Made by a program: the position numbers and the translations under genes
Assembly: GCA_016748015.1 (NCBI GenBank)
Contig: JAAOMT010000061.1
Span: 268,433 to 332,432, forward strand
DNA: 64,000 nt
Source of the DNA: Geosiphon pyriformis uo1
Taxonomy: Eukaryota; Fungi; Glomeromycota
Reading direction: 5' to 3'
Shown: in pieces, positions 52,660 to 64,000 of the stretch
Position numbering within the stretch: position 1 is the stretch's first letter
Layout: each line of letters begins with the position of its first letter
Notes under the pieces: generated by a model
Databases searched by the model: none
What the model was told of the DNA's origin: nothing
The model's input: only the letters and a program-made list of their open reading frames with translations

Positions 52660-53201
52660 AAAAAATCTTTTTTTTTTTTACCCTAATGATAAAAAACTTT
52701 GTCTTTTAGAACAAATTTATCGTTGTCTGTATTGAATTTTCTATTTTTGAAGATCAATTACAAAATTTTCGGAACAATTGCTTCTAAAGACAATTTTTCT
52801 GTTTCATAATTTAATTGTAAATATTTATTTTAGCTGATTTACTCATCTTTTAAGGGATTTAATTACAGCTCGATCCTAGCTTTTTTGAATAAAGTCGAGA
52901 AACGTGAGTAAAAATTTATTATTGAAAATAAAAACTATTAGAACGAGGCTTTTTTTTTATTTTCGGACAAATTAAAAAGAGTTTACAATGGACTAAGTCA
53001 GAAATATGGCTTTGTCTTTGCGTCACAAAAATACAATTAATATCCCATAGACTTTTTTAAAAAAAAATTGAACACTCTAAAGTTTTTCAGGATAATGGAA
53101 ATAAAAAGCACTTAATTACTTATTGCATATAATAAATGATTTAAATTCATGTATTTTTAAAAAGGAATTAAAATGAAGAATATTGGTTTTAATATATTGA
53201 T

Positions 53202-53238
<37 letters not shown>

Positions 53239-54253
53239 CAAAGAAATCTAAAATTAATTGAAAACCATTGTTGATTCTTAATCTATAACAAAATGATAGA
53301 TTATGAAGCACAGAAATTATACATTTTCATTTTTTTTTTTTTTACATTTACAAAAATCTTATTTGATTAACTTGTATTGTTTTTATTATATTTTGCTAAT
53401 TTTTAATATTGCATATTTATGAAAAATGTGAAACTTTTAATTTTTAAATTGGAATCGTTTTTGAAAATACTCAAGTTCTAAAAAAATTATTATAAAAATT
53501 AAACTATAAAATTTTTATTTAAAATTATCCATACAAATTTAACTATTAGAAAGAATTTTGAATACTTCGTTTTCCACCTACTCTATTTAATTTCAAATAA
53601 TTAAATCATAGAAAAAAAATTAATAATTTTATATTTTGGTTTCCCGCCCGCTAACTCCTATAATCTAGTAATTGAACATTGGATATTTAGTATAATAAAA
53701 AATAATATGAGAAATAGTTTTCAAATTTTTTTACACGTATTTTCTACAAAGCATGATAATCATTATGAGAAAATTGAATAAATAAAAATTTTTACTGTCA
53801 GCATTTTCCGTGGTAAATCTTCATTCTTAGTACACGTTTTAAAAATTATGTGTTATACATGTAACAAAAATAAATTTATAGATTTAATTAAAAAATAATT
53901 CCCTGTTTCCTGCCTTTTGTATGATAAATAGTAAAACAAAAATTTTAATATTATTTTGAAAGGGAAAGATGCTTTTAGGATTTTTTTAGAATGTTTTTGG
54001 GATAGCATAATTAGAATATCTTGACAATGAGCTGGAAAATACATGTAAATGATTTAATTGGTAATTGGTTATTTTCTAAAATTTTGGCTTTTTTATCATT
54101 TGATTCAAATGGATATTATTTATATTATTCCAATCATAAAATGAATGTCATTTTTTCTATAAAACTAGTCGTGCTTTTCCAATTTCTTTTTTGTCAATTC
54201 AAACAAACTAATGACAAAGAGAAAAAAAGAAAATTCATAACAAGTAAGAGGTA

Positions 54254-54431
54254 CAGAGGGCGCCAAAAGTTTATCACCACTTTTTTTAGCAATATACTAA
54301 AATTTCTTACAATTTTATAATGAAAATTTTTTAAAATTATACTCTCAGGAAAAATACTTGAAATATTAAATTTATTTATGTAAATTAATTAGGTAAAAAA
54401 AAGTGATGATAAAACTTTTGGCGCCCCTCTG
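54254..54431. mobile_element. Tc1/mariner-type MITE (178 bp)
   Basis: ~35-bp TIRs CAGAGGG(G)CGCCAAAAGTTT(T)ATCAYCACTTTTTTT, flanked on both sides by TA; no coding capacity. Confidence 0.88.
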
Positions 54432-57400
54432 TAAATCAATAATCTCATGAAAATAGAACCAAAATCAACATTCATTCAATCAACTCTGAATTTTTGTTCC
54501 TAGAAACGACTCTGTTAAAGGATCTATCGGCGATTCGGACGATGATACCGGTATTTGTCAATGGTTGAATTATATAAAATTAGTATTGAAAATTCTTTTT
54601 TCTTAATTATAATGGTAAATCGGCACCATAATTCATAAAAAACAGAAAACTTAAGATTGGAGTCTTTGGCTTATATTTCAAATTAGTAAAACCCGATTCT
54701 AAAATTTTTCATATGATTATTTAACCCTTAATAATGACCATGAAGGTAAAAGTAATACACACTACCACCAAATCGTATTTGAGTCTTATACTGATTTAAA
54801 ATTTACAAACTATTTTTGTACTTTTAATACTTTGAGGATAAACACTTTATTATCTTTTTTTATATTTGATTAATCATAAAATTAATGGAAATATTAATGA
54901 AAACTACTTTGTAATTTATTTATAAAAAACTATTATTGAATAAGCAATTATTAGTTTAACTTAAAAATTATATATTCAATCCAAAATGCTTTTGGAGAAA
55001 CTGTGGTAGATTTGTTTAATCTCACCAATTCTGTAGTTGAAAAAAATGCACAAATAATAATAATTATGTTTTTTAGACTTGATATTTATAATATTGTTTT
55101 ATGTTCAGAATTTTTTGCTAATTAAAGTTAATAGTTTTGTAACTGATTCTTTTATTTTTTATTTTACAATAATTTATTTGGTTTTTTTCTTATATTTTTA
55201 ATTTAATTTTTTTATGTTTGTTCAATTCTTATTTTTTACTTTTTATTTTACAAAAAACTTTAAAATTAATATACATTTACAATAAATTTTAATTATAAAA
55301 TTATTATTTTTTCTTATAAATTATTAATTAGTAATAAATCACAAAAGTCAAATTCCATTTAATTTCAAGATTTATTAAACAAAAGTTTTGACTTGGTTAT
55401 TAACAAATACATTATAGATGTAAAAATCTTTATTTTGAGTTGATCAAAAATTAATAGGTATAAAAAACATTAAACAAGTTAAATAAAATAAAACAAAAAT
55501 AAAGATATATTATAATCGTTCAAATTGAATAAGATTCTCAAACATAAATAATTTTAATTAAAGTTATTTAATTTTTAAAATTTTGATATTAATTAATGTT
55601 TCTCTAAAAAAAAATTGAATTAATTAATCTTGATTTTTGCCTTTTGCCTTTTGCCTAAAATTTATTAAATAAAAACTCAATATTTAGTTACATCTTAATT
55701 TTTAAAAAATATCAGTAAAAATATTGTTCAACTTATTTGAGTCTTATAAATAAATTTAATATCAAATTATTTACCTTTATTATATAACGTTATATTTGGT
55801 TTTATGTAAAAATTGAAAAGTCTTAAATATGTGACTTGAGTTATAATCTGATCAATTATGATTTTGAAACATGACTAACTTTTGAAATTTTCATTAATAA
55901 TTTTAACAAAAAATAATTATAAATTTTATATTATTTAAAGAATATGTATAATTTTAACACAAAAATTTAAAATATATTTAAATTTATTAAGTAAATCAAT
56001 TTGGATTAAAAAAAAATATATTAATTAAAATATATTAACAAATTTTTATGTTGAAAGTAAAATAATCTATTAATAAGTTTGAACTTTAAAACATATAATT
56101 GCAATTGTTACCATTTGTAATATTGTACCATTTTTTTATTTGCCTCAGTTCTTTTATTATTTTTTAATTAAATTATTATTTCTTCCAATTACACTATCTT
56201 TTTTTCCTATCAATAATATTGTTCAATAAAAAACAATTTATTACCACATCAATGTTTATTTTATTTATAAATAATAATTATTCTTAAATAAAACGGGTTT
56301 TAAATTTTTTGAAACATTATAAAAGTCAAAAATAAATTTAATCTATTTTAAAAGAATAGAAAATCTTTGGATTAAATACCAAAATTTAAATGGGTGTTAA
56401 ATCAAATTATAATTTCAACAGAGTAATAATTCTAAGCATATTAACAGTCTTATTTCTTTTTTCTGGAAAGAATAATTCCCAAATTTATGTATTAGCAATC
56501 TAATAGTTTAAACTTTGAATTTTATTGAAAATTTGAAGTATTTTTAAAAATAATGTAAAAAATAAATACACTAAAAATCTTAATAAACTGGAAAATATTT
56601 CATAGATAATTTTAATTAATCGTGCAAGATCAATAAAAATAATAATGTAAACTTGCTATTGATTTTCGACTATCAACAATTTATTGCTTATGTACATTAA
56701 AATGTGGCAATCAATTTTCTAATTTCAGTATTTTTTGTGCTAAGTTGTATTTATATATTAATACTTTTTCTTTGATAAAAAATAAAACTAAGTATCACTT
56801 AAACCGATATCCAAAAAAAGGGAGCTCAAAAATTGGTTAACAATGTTACATAAGATGGAAAAAAAATTATTTATATTTATTCTTAAGTCCTTGGGTTTGC
56901 TGACAGATCTTAATTCTTATTTAAATAAAAATAGAAACTACATTAAATGATATTTATTTTAAAAATTATATTTATTTACTTTTGGTCGCATATAATTCTT
57001 CAATGGCGAGATATTCGAATCTCACCATTTTTTCGTGCTCAGTTTTTTTTTTGCGAACACGCTTAGGTAATTTTTGGACCCCAATTTTAGGCCACTTTAG
57101 AATAAGATCAAAACAGATATTTGAGAAGTACAAATCCAAAAATGCACAAAGTTTCAAATTTTTTTAATTTTTGAGTTTTCATATATTTTCCGGGGAAGGC
57201 TATTAACACCGATCTCAGATTATAAAGAAAAATTATGGTGAAATTCAACCAAACCACTATTCTAAAAGAAATTAACTTGAAAATTTTCAAATTTCAAATT
57301 TCAAATTTCCTTATATTTAATTATTATTATTTTTGAGTAAAAAATTCCAAGAAATAAAATCACAAGACTTCATGGTGTTTTATGTCTGACATTTTATAGC

Positions 57401-59239
57401 ATAATAATTTATTACATTTAAATGATAAATTTCTTCGTAATAATAATTGTAATTGATATTTTAAAGTCAAAAAAAGTAGTCTTATAATCGAAATTCAGAC
57501 TAAGTAACAATTATTTTATGTGCATTTTTTATCATATTAAGCTTTAAAATAAACTTCATTTATGACAATTTACAATAATGTTTTTAACCAATTTTATTTT
57601 GACTTTTATAATTTTGACATGATTATGAATTACCAATTATTTTAGTCACAACAAAATAAATGAAAAAAATGTCACTTCTATTTTGACTAAAAAACCAGCA
57701 AATGAAAAAAGAATTGCGATTTTGAATAAACCTGTAAGGAAATCCTACATATATTAATAACAACATTGGATAAGTTGGAGAACAATTAAAAAGTTAAAAA
57801 AGTTTACATCTTCAAAAAAGGTAGTTGTAAACACAATAAAGAAAGTATAAAGCTTTAAAGCTGCAGCTATTATAGAAATCAAAATTAAATTAATTTTTTT
57901 TTAATTTAAATAACATCATTATATATTTAAAAACTTGCAACCAATATCTTAAAAATTTGCAAAAAGTTTTTAGTCTTTGATAAAATATTGAACTTAAAAT
58001 TATTATTTTTTGTACAACAGTACTTTCAAAAACAATGTCTTATTCAAATTTAAACACAAAAATTTATATTTTTTGATTACTTTATTTTTAATAATTATAT
58101 ATTAAATAAGAAATTATATTGATGTTTTATTGTGTCTCCGTTTAATTTAAACGTTTTTTACGAATTCGAATTGGATTTCAAAATTTTTTTTATAAATATC
58201 CATCAGAAAATATCTTTCAATGGAATAACACAATAAAAATTTGGATCAATTTAAAATTTCACTTATGAATTAATAGCTGGAAAAAAACAAAAAATTGTGT
58301 TAGTATCATAATAATATGATCTTACCCTTTATTCATAAATTTAAAACACTACATGTCTTTAAAAAATATGCTTTCAATCTGGTAGTATTGAAATAATAAG
58401 CCTTGAATACAATAAATTGTTTTTGATCATTACTTCAATCAACTTAAATACCCAATACACAAAAAAAATTGACATATATTTTTTTATAAATAATACAAAA
58501 TATTATAAAACTAAAAAATTGAATACTTTTTGAATATTTGAATTTATTTTCTTTTTCCAAATATAACATTTTACACATAAACGATTGATCAAAGTCTTAT
58601 TTATAATTTGTTATTGTTAGTCAATTATCAACATAATTTTTGCTAAAATTAAATTGAGCTCTAATTTTATGTTTAGTTTTTCTACTATTTCAGATACAAT
58701 TGTATTTTCTGCTACTGCTTGAAATTCTGTAACCTGAGTTACAATTCAAAGCTGTTGGGATTGTGCAGACATATTTTCTTCTTCTAAATCTTCTAGTAAT
58801 ATTCATGATCATAAACTTGTAAATTTTACTCTTAATAATAATAATGAATTTACAGAACTTATTTATCAATTTTTCGGAAACTTTTCATTCTTTAATTCTA
58901 ATAGAATATATTCAAATTAATAATCAAATGATAAGTGACATATGATGAAATCACTCAATTTGTGACTAGTAAGAAGCAATAACAAATGTTTTAAGAGTTG
59001 AAAAATAATACGGTTTTTACAACAAGATAATAATGTAGATATGGACTTTGAAGCTATGAAGATATTAAATATTTTGAAATCATTGTATCATCCGCAAAAT
59101 TCATTAAAATTTATATATTACGTTGATGATTGAAAATAAAAAATAAATCAATTAAATCAAGCTCCATAAAAACCAGACATGATTTATTTATTTCTTGTGT
59201 TAAATAATTTACATAGTAGCGAATATGGCATTTATTCTA

Positions 59240-59765
59240 CTTATTAATGAATATGTATACAAATATGGTCATAATAAGATCTGCTACTCTATTGGGTTGG
59301 ATTCAGTAAGTTTTATACTAACTTCAATTTCAATATTATTATAAGTGCTCAATGGGATTTAGATTGTGGGGCCAATCAAGACCTCAAAATTATCGTCTCC
59401 AAAACACTTCTTGTGGTCATTATTCTGTTGAAAAATTATGTCCTGTGAATCCAAATCAAATTGGTTTAACGCATTGATAAAATCATCTGTAAGTATTTTT
59501 CTACCGTTTGCCATTCAATTTTCCTTTAATATGACAGAGATTGCCAATGCCATGCGTTATAAAAAAACTCCACACCATGATACCACTCCCACCAAATTTT
59601 ACTGCTGGCTGTTTTAATAATAACATTTAATGATATTGTCGATTTGATTTTTTTTTGAATTTCTGTTGAACATTGTTGAATAAGAATAAGGCGAACAATT
59701 CTTTGTTCATCACGTTTAGTTAAAAGTCACAGGCCTCCAAATCTGTGCTTATCCGTGAAACTACC
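59240..59765 (-). mobile_element. Tc1 (DD34E-type) transposase remnant with internal deletions
   Basis: Minus-strand motifs LLTKRDEQRIVRLI, AVKFGGSGIMVWSFF, IIFQQNNDHK (FQQDNDPKH-like) and VLDWP..NPIEHL (frameshifted). Confidence 0.85.
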
Positions 59766-59799
59766 AATTTCATTTTTACTTAATTTATTTGGCTTTTAA

Positions 59800-60495
59800 G
59801 TATAAAAGGTTTTTATTTTATTCATTAAAATTGGTATTTAAGTTTGCAATAGATCTCAAAATCTTTGAAAGTTAGTTTACTGATACAAGATTATATGCAA
59901 AAACTGCTGCTTTTTTGGTTCTTTTTTTTATTGATTTTGCTAATTTTATAATTGATTCCAAGTTGACTTCTTTGGATTTCAAATTGGTAAAGTTGGCTTT
60001 ATTAATTAGATTTATTGATAAGTAATTGGTTGCTTGGTTATAAAGTTAATAAATATTTTATTTAGTAGTGATTTTGAAGTAAAAAATAAAATTTTTGTTA
60101 TAAAAAAGCAAGTTACCATTTTTAATAAAGTTTTGAATAATTTAAACAAAAAATAATTAATTTTAATATAGAATATAGTGTAAAATAGTCTTTTTAATAA
60201 TAATATAACCCAGATTTTTCTGTTGGAAAAGAAAATTTTGCTAGATTAATAGTTTTTTGGAAGCTTTAAACTCTTAATACCAAGTTTAATACAGATATGA
60301 CTGTAATAATTAGCCAGTTTGGTTTTTAGTAGTAATAACTTTAAGTTTTCTTCTTTAAATTTAGTGTAGTTTAGTTTTAACTGGCTTAAATAACTAGTTA
60401 TGTATAAAAAATAAATTATAATTAATTTAAAGTTTATTATGGCTGTATTATATTAGATAGTAATTAGATTATATTAATTAAAGTTGTAAAAAAAA
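59800..60495 (+). mobile_element. Decayed, internally deleted LINE remnant ending in 3' UTR and A-tail
   Basis: CpG-free; 60340-60495 is homologous to 27740-27905 and the other LINE tails. Confidence 0.5.
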
Positions 60496-61099
60496 TATTT
60501 TTTAAACCAAAAATTATTTTACTATCTAATTTTTTTTATTAAATATTTTAAATAAGAAAATATTGATTAGATAATTGTAATTTTAAAAGAGTTATATTAA
60601 TGAAATATTTTACATGTTAAATTTTAAAAAATTTTATTCAACTTAAAATTTTCTTATATTTAATACAAAATAAAAAATAATTGCAATAACAAATATATTC
60701 AAAGTAAATATTTAATAAATATATCATTGCAAAACCATTTTCAATAACAATAAGTTTAACAGATTTTAAAAATAAAAATTTTAATATTATAAACCAATGG
60801 TGAAATCAATTAATAATCATATGTATGCATATAATTTCAACTTTTACTGTGGTCCCAGCAAAGGTAAGCGGTGATCTTATCACCATAGAATGGTTTTTTC
60901 TGAAGGATGAGTACATGATACTCCAACCTTATATATACCGTTTAGCCTAAAGAACTTTAATTAGAAACTTCTTTTTATAGCTACAAAAAAAGATCATGAG
61001 AGAATAGAATCCAACATTATCTATCCCGCGTTACTAATATGTAACTAGTACTACGAGACTATAAAAAAATCAAAACATTTTCACACCACAATCCCTCAT

Positions 61100-62128
61100 T
61101 TAACTTCTATAAATTAAACGTTTCTTCCTGTTCCCATCTGTCGCTCAACCAGGTACTCTTCCCACGGGTCCAGTTGCTCCATAATAGATTAGAACTTTCA
61201 TAGGGGGTAAAATGATATCGTGTCATTTTAGTGCGAGAAGGCGATTTGTCACATCTGGATGTTTTTCGAAAACTTTCACTACATAACTGTGCAGATTGTG
61301 ATAATTTTCAATCGAAATGCAAATGTTTAGAAATTATATTAAACATCATAGAACGTGTAATAAATCTCTCCATCTCCTTCTTTATAAAGAACCTCACCTG
61401 GGGCAGGAATAACCCGAAGTTATATTGGTCCCAGAGTAGATAGAACATTCCGAGTCGAACCCCACAGTCCATAATCAAAGCATTCTCGGAATCCCGATGT
61501 AGAAACCTACTCGAATAGGAAGATGTGATTTAGCGAACTAAAAAATAAAGTTAATAAGGGAACCGAATAACACAATCGACGGCTTCTAGTAAGAACAATT
61601 ACTCACAGTACTTCCTCTTTCACTTTACGAATTGCTGACTGGCAATAGTCTAGCAAAATTAGTGATACATTGGTACCATCCACGATTTACTATGAAAATA
61701 TAAAAAATTTTAGATCAAATAAAATTGTTTACGTGCATGAGTTAATAAAATATTACCTGCTTCGCACCCTCGAGGTTTGTCTTCTCCATGCTTAAACCAA
61801 CCAACCATCCATACCGAAACTTGCTTCTTGATCCACTCGGCGTTGTCTAAATTATTAGAATATTCCGAATTTTCTGAATATTCAGGCTCTGGATGGTAAG
61901 AGTAGTCACTTGACTCGGACGAAATCTGAAATTTCCGACTTAGCGCTTTCTTCGAGATGCGAGAACTAGTGATCTATTTATATTAAACGATTAATATGTT
62001 AATAAGAGTGAAGAATAATACCTAAAGAAATTACGCGCCCGGATTGCATTTTATGACAAGAATTGGCATAAACATCAGCAATTTCATGTGCATCTTCTTT
62101 ACAAGGCTTAACTGCACGACAAATCGAT
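61100..62128 (-). pseudogene. Spliced hypothetical gene or pseudogene of unknown family
   Basis: Minus-strand exon-like blocks with GT-AG edges: ...MQSGR | ITSSRISKK...WMVGWFKHGEDKPRGCEA | IVDGTNVSLILLDYCQSAIRKVKEEVL | SLNHIFLFE*.... Frameshifts and stops prevent a continuous ORF. Confidence 0.4.
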
Positions 62129-62514
62129 CTAAATGTCACATTGAATTAACTTTTTGCGTTCTATTGATGACATCGGAATACCGAAACCACCATCCTAGTT
62201 CCGCACAGTAGAATAAAAAATCCTTATCATTCATATTTCCCTTCCCCTTGATATGCTAATCATCACATCACTACAAGATAGCGAGACAATGTAGATACCT
62301 TCGAATTTTAAATAGTTGTGACCTTCCCATCCTTTCCTCTTGCAAGAAAGCCGAGTGTCGCTTCTTGTAATTTAACTTGTGAATTGCAATATTTGATTTT
62401 GTTCCTGTCATCTTTCCATTTCTATAATGATAAAGAAAAAAAGAAGAGCGAGCTTTAGTCACACATGAGAGAGCAAAGATTAGTGGCCACGGTGAACATT
62501 TTATTCAAAACCTT

Positions 62515-64000
62515 CTAGACCTTTCGCCACCCGATGTGCCGCAAGAGTTTGCTAACAACATTCCTCTTCCATTAATAAGAAGACCACGGCCAACTTTTCG
62601 TTGAACACCAGATAGACCTTCCATCATCTGGTGTGCCGCAAGGAGTTTGTTGGCAACATTCCTCTTCCATTAATAAGAAGACCACGGCCAACTTTTCGTT
62701 GAACACCAGATAGACCTTCCATCATCTGATGAGGCGCAAGGGGTTTGTTTGCGACATTCCCCTTCTAATCATAAGAAAACCACGGCCACTTTTTTCGTTG
62801 AAAACATGATAGACCTTCGGTCATCTGGTGTGCCGCGAGAGGTTTGTTGGCAACAATCCTCTTTTATCAGTAAGATGACCACGGCCAACTTTTCGTTGAA
62901 CACCTGATAGACCTTCCATCCTCTGGTGTGCCGCAAGGAGTTTGTTGACAAGATTCCCCTTCTATTCATAAGAAGACCACGGCCAACTTTTCGTTGAACA
63001 CCAGATAGACCTTCCATCCTCTGGTGTGCCGCAAAAGGTTTGTTGGCAACATTCCTCTTCTATTCATAAGAAGACCACGGCCAACTTTTCGTTGAACATC
63101 AGTTAGACCTTCCATCATCTGGTGTGCCGCAAGGGGTTTGTTGGCAACATTCCTCTTCCATTAATAAGAAGACCACAGCCAAATTTTCGTTGAACACCAG
63201 ATAGACCTTCCATCCTCTGGTGTGCCGCAAGGAGTATGTTGACAAGATTCCCCTTCTAATCATAAGAAGACCACGGCCACTTTTTTCGTTGAACACCTGA
63301 TAGACCTTCGGTCATCTGGTGTCCCGCGAGGGGTTTGTTAGCAACAATCCTCTTTTATCAGTAAGATGACCACGGCGAACTTTTCGTTGAACACCTGATA
63401 GACCTTCGGTCATCGGGTGTGCCGCGAGGGGTTTGTTGGCAACAATTGCTCTCCTATTCATAAGAAGACCACAGCCAACTTTTCGTTGAACACCAGATAG
63501 ACCTTCCATCCTCTGGTGTGCCGCAAGAGGTTTGTTGGCAACATTCCTCTTCCATTCATAAGAAGACCACGGCCAACTTTTCGTTGAATACCAGATAGAC
63601 CTTCCATCCTCTGGTGTGCCGCAAGGAGTTTGTTGGCAACATTCCTCTCCTATTCATAAGAAGACCACGGCCAACTTTTCGTTGAACACCAGATAGACCT
63701 TCCATCCTCTGGTGTGCCGCAAGAAGTTTGTTGGCAACATTCCTCTTCCATTCATAAGAAGACCACGGCCAACTTTTCGTTGAACACCAGTAACACCTTC
63801 CATCATCTAGTGTGCCGCAAGGAGTTTGTTGACAACATTCCTCTTCCATTCATAAGAAGACCACAGCCAACTTTTCGTTGAACACCAGATAGACCTTCCA
63901 TCCTCTGGTGTGCCGCAAGAAGTTTGTTGGCAACATTCCTCTTCTATTCATAAGAAGACCACGGCCAACTTTTCGTTGAACACCAGTTAGACCTTCCATC
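62515..64000. repeat. 98-bp tandem satellite, at least 15 copies, continues beyond the window
   Basis: Consensus GATAGACCTTCCATCCTCTGGTGTGCCGCAAGGAGTTTGTTGGCAACATTCCTCTTCCATTCATAAGAAGACCACGGCCAACTTTTCGTTGAACACCA; the AGACCACGGC-type anchor recurs at 62581, 62679, 62777, 62876 and 62974. Confidence 0.97.

Noticed and set aside
46531-54731. piggyBac-like ends (AAGGGTTAA near 46533, TTAACCCTT at 54721)
   Set aside because: Wrong relative orientation for one element, very short match, no transposase.
56780-57300. ORFs 56972-57290 or DNA-transposon end
   Set aside because: Short overlapping ORFs without motifs; no paired TIR or TSD could be identified.
62515-64000. CRISPR array, or repeat-protein ORFs (62769-63849)
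   Set aside because: Units are contiguous 98-bp repeats with no unique spacers and no cas genes; 98 is not a multiple of 3, so the ORFs are frame-cycling by-products.

Overview
Very AT-rich eukaryotic (fungal) genomic DNA with short GT-AG introns. The gene and transposon repertoire suggests a Glomeromycotina fungus, possibly Geosiphon-like; this is inference, not verified. Positions 1-28.3 kb are a graveyard of nested, heavily C->T/G->A-mutated retroelements: a Ty3/Gypsy element, several APE-RT-RNase H LINEs, and three related solo LTRs with 4-bp TSDs. Positions 28.3-64 kb are mostly CpG-retaining host DNA. They hold four paralogous intron-rich genes for ~390-400 aa two-transmembrane proteins resembling trimeric PAC(TMEM206)/DEG-ENaC-type channels, a lipase class 3-fold gene whose catalytic Ser is replaced by Ala, a class I SAM-methyltransferase, a Tc1/mariner MITE, a Tc1 transposase remnant, many microsatellites and a GC-rich 98-bp satellite running off the right edge. 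Two assembly artefacts affect the channel cluster: a 298-bp duplication around the N gap, and a Tn5/Nextera mosaic-end adapter at 34944-34962. All gene models were spliced and translated by hand.
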